Positions 1 to 6,499 of a stretch of DNA of 36,756 nt are shown here, one piece after another; the stretch's first letter is position 1, and every line of letters begins with the position of its first letter. Origin of the DNA: an uncultured virus (IMG/VR IMGVR_UViG_3300030376_004364) (lineage: Duplodnaviria; Heunggongvirae; Uroviricota; Caudoviricetes; Crassvirales). The stretch lies in IMG/VR virus record IMGVR_UViG_3300030376_004364, one strand, 5' to 3'. The notes beneath the pieces are model-generated. The model worked only from the letters and a program-made list of their open reading frames with translations. It was not told the origin of the DNA and did not search any database. The position numbers and the translations under genes were made by a program.

Positions 1-216
1 CCTTGTAAAACAATTATGAAAAATGCAGGGTTAGAATATGAACATATAAATAAAAAAGATTTTGGTGTTAATGTTGAAACTGGGAAAACAGTAAATATGT
101 TTAAAGCAGGCATTATAGATCCTGTGTTAGTTACCAAGTCGGCATTAAAAAATGCTGCCTCAGTTGCTTCGACTATATTGTCCACCAACTGTGTTATGTC
201 TAACGTAAGAGGATAA
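1..216 (+). CDS. groEL: Chaperonin GroEL (Cpn60), C-terminal fragment; gene begins before the window
   Basis: Frame is open from base 1 (PCKTIMKNAG...). GIIDPVLVTKSALKNAASVASTILST matches the conserved GroEL C-terminal GIIDP..V...AL.NAASVA motif. There is no GGM tail. Confidence 0.95.
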   Translation, partial: PCKTIMKNAGLEYEHINKKDFGVNVETGKTVNMFKAGIIDPVLVTKSALKNAASVASTILSTNCVMSNVRG

Positions 217-217
217 T

Positions 218-478
218 ATGAATGCAATAGGTAGAAACATAATAATAAAAAAATTAAAAGAAGGTGTTACTAAAACTAAAGGCGGTTTGCTTTTAGCGGA
301 AAATCACCGAGAAGATATAAGATACGTAGAAGCTACAGTAGTGTCTACTGGATCTGAATGTGACGGAATAAATAAAGATGATGTGATATATTACGATCGT
401 CATGCGGGCCACAAAATTGAACTTGATAAAGAAACATATCATGTTATTAAAGCTCAAGATGTAGTATTTGTTTTATGA
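218..478 (+). CDS. groES: Co-chaperonin GroES (Cpn10)
   Basis: 86 aa with a KTKGGLLL mobile loop, ATVVSTG, DDVIYY..HAG and YHVIKAQDVV; directly after groEL. Confidence 0.92.
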   Translation: MNAIGRNIIIKKLKEGVTKTKGGLLLAENHREDIRYVEATVVSTGSECDGINKDDVIYYDRHAGHKIELDKETYHVIKAQDVVFVL

Positions 479-921
479 GAGAGTTAACCGGCCAAAAGTT
501 AAAAGAAATAGGTCTGTTAAAACATTATAGAGTAATACGAAGATGGGCTTGTAAAAAAACAGGCTTAACTGATGCTGATTTGGAATTACTAATATACTTT
601 GATTGTTTAGGTAACTTCACAAGAAAAGATTTTGAAGATGGCATTTTAATTTATTCTTGGGATAATAGAAGATGGAATAGATTGCTAAAAGAAGGTTGGA
701 TAGTTAAATGGAGAGGTTATAATGGAGCAGATAAAAGCTATAGTATATATCAGGTTAGTTTACAAACAAAAAATATAATACAACAGATTTATAGAATAAT
801 GCTTGGGACCGAAGATATACCAACTTCTACAAGACGCAACCCAGCAATGAAAAGAATTTCTTACAGTGACAAAACTTTAGCCACTGCTATAGAAAAAATT
901 AATAAAGATAAAACAAGATAA
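475..921 (+). CDS. Hypothetical protein, possible winged helix-turn-helix DNA-binding protein
   Basis: LTDADLELLIYF...WNRLLKEGWIVKW...YQVS resembles a MarR-like wHTH pattern; ATGA overlap with groES. Confidence 0.5.
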   Translation: MRELTGQKLKEIGLLKHYRVIRRWACKKTGLTDADLELLIYFDCLGNFTRKDFEDGILIYSWDNRRWNRLLKEGWIVKWRGYNGADKSYSIYQVSLQTKNIIQQIYRIMLGTEDIPTSTRRNPAMKRISYSDKTLATAIEKINKDKTR

Positions 922-923
922 TT

Positions 924-1307
924 ATGGCAGGAATAATGGCAGCAATGAAAAGTTTTGATGAATTGGGTTCTAAGTTTTCAAATAACCCAGCTCTTAAAGC
1001 GATACAGCAGGCTCAACAAAGAAGACAAGCTCGGCAAAAAGCAGTAAGTCAAACAGCAGGAGTAGCTAGAGCAATAGAGCCAATCTCAACAGTGGCTACA
1101 TCCGCAAATCCAGCAGATACTACTGAACTAGAAACTAGAATAGCAGCATTAGAGGCAGGTGGGTCTAATACACCCGGAACGCCACCTCCATCTACACCGT
1201 CATCTATGTCCCCAGGGGCTATAGCTACAGGGGAAGCAATTTTTGGAACTCAACCGCAGCGAGATATGGCTGTAGATCCTAATATTTTTAACAGAAGATT
1301 TAATTAA
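924..1307 (+). CDS. Hypothetical low-complexity (Ala/Gln/Pro/Thr) protein
   Basis: 127-aa ORF tightly packed in the operon; short coiled-coil LETRIAALE and a Pro/Ser/Thr tract. Confidence 0.7.
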   Translation: MAGIMAAMKSFDELGSKFSNNPALKAIQQAQQRRQARQKAVSQTAGVARAIEPISTVATSANPADTTELETRIAALEAGGSNTPGTPPPSTPSSMSPGAIATGEAIFGTQPQRDMAVDPNIFNRRFN

Positions 1308-1315
1308 TAAACGAT

Positions 1316-1546
1316 ATGGAATATAGAAAAAGAATGGTTGACAACCCAACGGGAAAAGCAACTAACTCAAAAGAAATAGGTGAAAGCGCTTTATGGGATG
1401 GACCATTAAGTCAGGAGGGCAGACCTCACGCAAAGGGTAATTCTTCTGGAATAAACCCAATACAAGTTTTAAAATACCCTTGCAGGTATGAGTCAAAACC
1501 AATAACAGAATGTGCCAAAAAAGGAAGGTACAATGAAACTTACTAA
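1316..1546 (+). CDS. Hypothetical protein
   Basis: 76-aa ORF, two Cys near the C-terminus, overlapping the endolysin start. Confidence 0.7.
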   Translation: MEYRKRMVDNPTGKATNSKEIGESALWDGPLSQEGRPHAKGNSSGINPIQVLKYPCRYESKPITECAKKGRYNETY

Positions 1547-1919
1547 GAATTTTAATAAATCTGAATTTGAATGTAAGTGCGGTTGTGAAATGCCTCAGAA
1601 TGTTATGTTTGAAATACAAAAACTAGCAGCTCAGTTACAAACAATAAGAGATTTTATAAGAAAACCTATAAAGCTTACAAATGCATATAGGTGTCCTAAG
1701 CACAATAAAGCAGTTGGTGGAGTTTCAAACTCACAACATATTTTAGGAAAAGCTGCAGATATTCAAATTAGTAATATGGAACCTGCGGAAGTCTATAAAA
1801 CTATAGATAACTTAACTGAACACGGTCATATATTACAAGGAGGATTAGGTAAGTATAATACCTTTACTCATTACGATATAAGAAAGACTAAAGCTCGCTG
1901 GGATAAAACATCAGAATAA
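1533..1919 (+). CDS. Peptidase M15A-family (Zn peptidase) probable endolysin
   Basis: MKLTKNFNKSEFECKCG, AYRCPKHNKAVGGVSNSQHILGKAADI and FTHYDIR are typical M15_3 motifs with His/Asp/His Zn ligands. ATG at 1533 is preferred over GTG at 1512. Confidence 0.9.
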   Translation: MKLTKNFNKSEFECKCGCEMPQNVMFEIQKLAAQLQTIRDFIRKPIKLTNAYRCPKHNKAVGGVSNSQHILGKAADIQISNMEPAEVYKTIDNLTEHGHILQGGLGKYNTFTHYDIRKTKARWDKTSE

Positions 1920-2050
1920 TGGCAACAAAAAAATTTAAAGTACATAAAATGTACAAAGGTAAAGTTACAAAAATAGCTAAAACTATGGCTCAACATAATG
2001 CTTTAAAAAAGCAGGGCTATACTCATACTAAACCTAAAAATAAAAAGTAA
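1919..2050 (+). CDS. Small basic protein (43 aa), not in ORF track
   Basis: MATKKFKVHKMYKGKVTKIAKTMAQHNALKKQGYTHTKPKNKK; TAATG overlaps at both ends fill the gap exactly; 14 Lys, no Asp/Glu. Confidence 0.85.
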   Translation: MATKKFKVHKMYKGKVTKIAKTMAQHNALKKQGYTHTKPKNKK

Positions 2051-2364
2051 TGGCAGTTAAAAAAAAAGCAGCACCTAAAAAAAGAGGTAAGGCGCCCTCG
2101 CGTAAAAAATCAAAAGGAAATTACGCAGCAGTAAAAAAAGGTAAAGGTCGAGGTAAGAAAGCCGGAGGAGGAATGACTGCTAAAGGGGTTGCTAAATATC
2201 GCAAGGATAATCCGGGTAGTAAATTAAAAACTGCGGTGACTACACCTCCTTCAAAGCTTAAAAAAGGAAGCAAAGCTGCTAAAAGACGTAAATCATTTTG
2301 CGCAAGATCTAAAGGCTGGAAATCAGAAAGAGGATTAGCTGCGCGAAGAAAATGGAACTGTTAG
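2050..2364 (+). CDS. Highly basic protein with RRKSFCAR...RKWNC motif (DUF6321-like)
   Basis: 38 K+R in 104 aa. The C-terminal KRRKSFCARS...RRKWNC motif is recalled from phage proteins of unknown function. Confidence 0.8.
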   Translation: MAVKKKAAPKKRGKAPSRKKSKGNYAAVKKGKGRGKKAGGGMTAKGVAKYRKDNPGSKLKTAVTTPPSKLKKGSKAAKRRKSFCARSKGWKSERGLAARRKWNC

Positions 2365-2365
2365 T

Positions 2366-2500
2366 ATGAAAAATAAAAAAAATTGTGGGTGCTTTAGTAA
2401 ATATATGAAGCCCTCTGTAAAAGGAACTAAAGGATCAAAAGGTAGAAACGGCTGGGATGCAAAGCCGGTATTTAGGATAACTAATCCAGGTAGAAGATGA
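2366..2500 (+). CDS. Small basic protein (44 aa), not in ORF track
   Basis: MKNKKNCGCFSKYMKPSVKGTKGSKGRNGWDAKPVFRITNPGRR; starts after a 1-nt gap following the previous TAG and ends in an ATGA overlap. Confidence 0.8.
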   Translation: MKNKKNCGCFSKYMKPSVKGTKGSKGRNGWDAKPVFRITNPGRR

Positions 2501-2619
2501 AAAATAAAACAAACAAAGATGCTTGTTATTGGAAAATAAAAAAAAGCTATAAAGTATTTCCATCCGCCTATGCCAGCGGGGCAATTGCAAAGTGTCGTAA
2601 GAATAAAGGCAAAAAGTAA
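2497..2619 (+). CDS. Small basic protein (40 aa) with DACY...PSAYASGA..KCRK motif, not in ORF track
   Basis: MKNKTNKDACYWKIKKSYKVFPSAYASGAIAKCRKNKGKK; ATGA and TAATG overlaps; motif recalled from marine phage hypothetical proteins. Confidence 0.85.
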   Translation: MKNKTNKDACYWKIKKSYKVFPSAYASGAIAKCRKNKGKK

Positions 2620-2876
2620 TGGCTGTTCGTAAAACAAAAAAAGGAGCGGCATTAAAAAGGTGGTTTAAAGAAAAGTGGACAGACGAAAAAGGTAATGTCT
2701 GTGGTTCTACTAAAAACAAAAAAACCAAAAAGTGTAGACCTTCTAAAAGAGTGAGTTCAAAAACTCCAAAAACCTGGAAAGAAATGTCTCCAGCTGAAAA
2801 GAAAAAAGCTGTAGCGGAAAAGAAAAGAACAGGTATGGGTAAAAGAACTTCTTCTTTAAAAAGAAAAAAGAAATGA
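2619..2876 (+). CDS. Highly basic protein with LKRWFKEKW motif (DUF5872-like)
   Basis: LKRWFKEKWTD...CG...KCRPSKRVS..TPKT; coupled to both neighbours. Confidence 0.8.
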   Translation: MAVRKTKKGAALKRWFKEKWTDEKGNVCGSTKNKKTKKCRPSKRVSSKTPKTWKEMSPAEKKKAVAEKKRTGMGKRTSSLKRKKK

Positions 2877-3364
2877 GTAAAAATCCTAATTTAAAAAGAA
2901 ACGGCGGCGAAGGAACAGCTGTAGGAAAAGCTTTAAGATTTTTAGCTGCTCAAGGAAAAAAGTTTGCACCAGAACTGCTTGATATGGCGGGATCATTAAC
3001 TGGTGTTGAAGCATTAAGTAAATTAGGGGATGCAATTAAAGGCGATCCTGGTTTATCTGAAATAGATAAAAAAATATTACTGGCTGAGCTGGAAACAGAT
3101 GCAGTGAGAGAACAAGAGATAACTAAACGTTGGCAAGCAGATTTGCATTCAGATAGTTGGTTGTCAAAAAATGTACGACCATTAACGTTATCATTTTTAT
3201 TAATGTGTATGTTTTTGTTTGTTATATTAGATAGCACAGATTCAATACCATTTAACATAGATGCAGAATGGATTGATCTTCTTAAATCGCTTATGATAAC
3301 TGCCGTGGGCGGTTACTTTGTTGTTAGATCAGGAGAAAAAATAACAAATAAATTAAAAAAATAA
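2873..3364 (+). CDS. Probable holin (3TM / GTA-type holin family)
   Basis: RWQADLHSDSWLSKNVRPL motif followed by hydrophobic segments (LTLSFLLMCMFLFVIL; LLKSLMITAVGGYFVV) and a basic C-terminus. Confidence 0.75.
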   Translation: MSKNPNLKRNGGEGTAVGKALRFLAAQGKKFAPELLDMAGSLTGVEALSKLGDAIKGDPGLSEIDKKILLAELETDAVREQEITKRWQADLHSDSWLSKNVRPLTLSFLLMCMFLFVILDSTDSIPFNIDAEWIDLLKSLMITAVGGYFVVRSGEKITNKLKK

Positions 3365-3384
3365 CCATAAACACAAACAAAACC

Positions 3385-3612
3385 ATGAACAAGTACGACA
3401 AAAAAATGATGCATGAAAGAGAATTAATCTATGATGCAAAAGGACAACTTCACCGAGCTGATAAAGAGTACAAAAAAGGTGACCACCACGCAAAACAAAC
3501 AATGATTCACGACCGTGAATTAATTTATGATGCTAAAACCGCTATTCACCGAGTAGACGATTACAAACATAGCGGACACCCTCTAAGTAAGCACTGGCAA
3601 AATAACAGATAA
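3385..3612 (+). CDS. His-rich small protein with internal tandem repeat
   Basis: MMHERELIYDAKGQLHRAD / MIHDRELIYDAKTAIHRVD with a 32-aa period; 9 His in 75 aa. Confidence 0.8.
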   Translation: MNKYDKKMMHERELIYDAKGQLHRADKEYKKGDHHAKQTMIHDRELIYDAKTAIHRVDDYKHSGHPLSKHWQNNR

Positions 3613-3614
3613 TT

Positions 3615-3929
3615 ATGGGACAATTTCCAACAAATCCAAGTTATATAACAAGAGCACAAACGTGGATCCCCACCAATAGTATAAATCCTAAATCCGCTTG
3701 GCTTTTTGAAAATCAGTCCGGCTCTTTAGGAACTAATTTAACAGGATCGGTAGTGTACGTAGGAACTGCAGGTACAGTAAAAGTAATTGTAGCAGGAACA
3801 CCAGACCCCGAAGCTGCAGATGCATTAGAATTTAAAAACGTAGCTGCTGGAACAATTTTACCAGTTGTAGTAGATTATGTATTGATTCCTTCATCTGGCG
3901 CTGCAACTGATATAGTAGTAGGAAAATAA
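3615..3929 (+). CDS. Probable capsid vertex spike-base protein (RcGTA Rcc01079-like)
   Basis: VYVGTAGTVKV...FKNVAAGTILPVVVDYV...ATDIV matches the recalled family pattern YVG.aG.v.V...F.nv.aG..LP..V..V...At.Iv. Confidence 0.65.
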   Translation: MGQFPTNPSYITRAQTWIPTNSINPKSAWLFENQSGSLGTNLTGSVVYVGTAGTVKVIVAGTPDPEAADALEFKNVAAGTILPVVVDYVLIPSSGAATDIVVGK

Positions 3930-3952
3930 CAGAATAGGACTGTATAAACCTA
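3929..3952 (+). promoter_or_regulatory. Putative H-type RNA pseudoknot in the 5' leader of the 3993 gene
   Basis: ACAG(3929-32)-AA-TAGG(3935-38)-A-CTGT(3940-43)-ATAAA-CCTA(3949-52): two interleaved 4-bp stems. Confidence 0.5.
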
Positions 3953-3954
3953 AA

Positions 3955-4376
<422 letters not shown>

Positions 4377-4390
4377 TAAATTAAATATAG

Positions 4391-4421
4391 TCTTGCGGGA
4401 GTAATATCTCGCAAGATTTTT
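4391..4421 (+). terminator. Rho-independent terminator
   Basis: TCTTGCGGGA-GTAATA-TCTCGCAAGA (10-bp stem with one G.U) followed by TTTTT. Confidence 0.8.
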
Positions 4422-4442
4422 ATTAATAAAAAAAAAATAATT

Positions 4443-5147
4443 ATGGCACTATACGGAGATGACCCAACGGATCCAAAAAAGAAAACAAAAACTACTACCA
4501 CGGTTACCACAGGAAAGCCAACAACCACTGTTTCAACAAGAAGAGGAGAAATAAGAAAGGGAATACCAGGTACATTTACAGACACTAGAGTTGATACACC
4601 AGTTACAACGACAACAAACACTAAGGGTAGCGGTAGCGTTCCATTCCAAAAAGCTTTTGCAGCCGCTTCAGCAGAAGGTAAATCTACATTTACTTTTGGA
4701 AAAAACGAGTATACTACTGAGAAGGCTGACAGCAAGACTGATACTAGGTCTTCTACAACTTCTACGTTTAAAAGAGATAAAGTAAAAGGCGTAACTCCAT
4801 TAAATCCATCAGGTATTAAATTTGTGCCACAAAAATATAAAATGGGTAAGACTCAAACTATTCAAACCCCTAACAGCATGGGAGCATATTCAGTTTCTAG
4901 AGGTGATGGTAGAGATGCTAGTATCGGAAAGCTTAAAACTCAAAGCGCAATGGTGCTTAATGAAAAGCAAGGAGCAAGCTTAAGAGATGCAGGTGATAGA
5001 ATCAATCAACAATTAGAAAGTAGATTTGGAGAAGAGCGAATTAGAGAAAAGTTTGCAGATAGGTCATCAGCGTTTATTGACAAGCAAGTAGCAAAGGGAG
5101 CAGCGCGGATAGCTAATAACAAAGTAACAGTAAAAAAAGCAAAATAA
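4443..5147 (+). CDS. Hypothetical Thr/Lys-rich protein with a F..AF..A...GK.TF.F....YTT module
   Basis: Low-complexity Thr tracts flank PFQKAFAAASAEGKSTFTFGKNEYTTE. Confidence 0.75.
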   Translation: MALYGDDPTDPKKKTKTTTTVTTGKPTTTVSTRRGEIRKGIPGTFTDTRVDTPVTTTTNTKGSGSVPFQKAFAAASAEGKSTFTFGKNEYTTEKADSKTDTRSSTTSTFKRDKVKGVTPLNPSGIKFVPQKYKMGKTQTIQTPNSMGAYSVSRGDGRDASIGKLKTQSAMVLNEKQGASLRDAGDRINQQLESRFGEERIREKFADRSSAFIDKQVAKGAARIANNKVTVKKAK

Positions 5148-5175
5148 CAATTATTAACAATTAAATTAAATTAAA

Positions 5176-5445
5176 ATGAGTAAAGTAAAAAAAATGAAAT
5201 CAGAAAACTTATCAATCAGTAAAGAACAATTAGAAAAAGTACAAGCACTGCAAGCAGACTTACAGAAGTTTTGCGCACACATTGGAGGATTAGAAGTTCA
5301 AAAAGCAAAAGCTATTTATCAAATAAATATGCTTGAGAAAGAAATGGACGACTTTAAAAAATCTATTGAAGATGAGTACGGACCTATTAACATTAATTTA
5401 ACTGATGGTACTTATGAAGTGATACCTACGGATAAAAAAGAGTAG
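5176..5445 (+). CDS. Hypothetical coiled-coil protein
   Basis: Heptad pattern followed by EYGPININLTDGTY; leader contains (TTAAA)x3. Confidence 0.75.
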   Translation: MSKVKKMKSENLSISKEQLEKVQALQADLQKFCAHIGGLEVQKAKAIYQINMLEKEMDDFKKSIEDEYGPININLTDGTYEVIPTDKKE

Positions 5446-5449
5446 GGTC

Positions 5450-5677
5450 ATGGGTAATATTATAAGAAAGATAAGTATAGGTGCTGACTATAAGAACGAA
5501 GCAATGCATTACTCTGTTAAGCAGACAGTTTACGGTGGGCACGAAATTTCTCATATAATATTTGAAGAATCTGATAATTCTTATAATATATTTATAAAAA
5601 AAGAAGATGAGGTAATGCCATGGAAGAAGTTTAATTCTAACATGGCAATATCCGTTGAGTATGACTTGGAGTACTAA
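5450..5677 (+). CDS. Hypothetical protein
   Basis: 75-aa ORF with a TAATG overlap with the next gene. Confidence 0.75.
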   Translation: MGNIIRKISIGADYKNEAMHYSVKQTVYGGHEISHIIFEESDNSYNIFIKKEDEVMPWKKFNSNMAISVEYDLEY

Positions 5678-6282
5678 TGAGAAGTATATACGATTTTATC
5701 ATAAAGCCGGTAGGCCAAAGATATGATAATACGGTAAAGGTTGGGGAAGTGGACCTAGTAACTAACACTTCTATAGAAAGTTTTAAGCACGTTAATAATA
5801 TAGCTGAAGTTGTAGCGACTCCAGCGGCATTTGCAACACCAATAAAAAAAGGTGATTTAATAGTTGTTCATCATAATGTGTTTAGAGTTTTTTATGATAT
5901 GAAAGGACTTAAAAAAAATAGTAGATCGTTTCTTAAAGACGGACTTTTTATGTGTGCAATAGATCAAATATATTTGTACAAAAATAAAAAAACCTGGAAA
6001 TCTTTTGGCGATAGATGCTTTGTTGCTCCGGTCAAAAATAAAGACCCTTTTAACAGCAATAAAACAGCTAGCCTTATTGGTATACTAAAAATAGGTAATA
6101 AGTCCTTAAAACGCGCTGGAATCAATCCAGGGGACATAATTGGTTTTACACCTAATAGCGAATGGGAATTTGTTATAGATAATCAGATTATGTATTGTAT
6201 GAAATCAAATGATATTGTTATAAAGTATGAACTCGATAGAAACGAAGAAGAATATAATAGCAGCTGGGCGAGAAGCAATTAA
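5677..6282 (+). CDS. Tandem GroES-like (two Cpn10-type domains) protein
   Basis: Domain 1: FIIKP...AEVVATP...IKKGDLIVV. Domain 2: GDRCFVAPV...IGILKIG...INPGDIIGF...EFVIDNQIMYCMKSNDIV, resembling GroES GDRV.v.p...G.V...G...GD.V.f...e..idg.eyl.m.e.DIl. Confidence 0.6.
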   Translation: MRSIYDFIIKPVGQRYDNTVKVGEVDLVTNTSIESFKHVNNIAEVVATPAAFATPIKKGDLIVVHHNVFRVFYDMKGLKKNSRSFLKDGLFMCAIDQIYLYKNKKTWKSFGDRCFVAPVKNKDPFNSNKTASLIGILKIGNKSLKRAGINPGDIIGFTPNSEWEFVIDNQIMYCMKSNDIVIKYELDRNEEEYNSSWARSN

Positions 6283-6499
6283 AGAATTAGTAAAGGTAGC
6301 AAAAGAAAAGATCGTTGACTCAGAAGAAGATATATCCGCTGACAGACTTAAAAATGCTGCCGCTACTAAAAAGCTTTGTATATTTGATGCTTTCGAAATA
6401 TTGAATAAAATTCAAGAGGAAGAACAAATGATAGCGGACTCCAATAATAAAGCAAACAAACCAGCTTTTAAAGGCTTTGCAGAGGGGAGATCTAAATAA
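6227..6499 (+). CDS. Hypothetical helical protein, possible terminase small subunit
   Basis: Immediately upstream of terL with a TAATG overlap; 56-nt overlap with the upstream gene. The TerS call is positional only. Confidence 0.5.
   Translation: MNSIETKKNIIAAGREAIKELVKVAKEKIVDSEEDISADRLKNAAATKKLCIFDAFEILNKIQEEEQMIADSNNKANKPAFKGFAEGRSK

Noticed and set aside
1362..3258. Minus-strand ORFs at 1362-1619, 2335-2652, 2435-2728 and 2950-3258
   Set aside because: Antisense shadows of well-supported, coupled + strand genes; Phe/Leu-rich as expected from reverse-complemented Lys codons.
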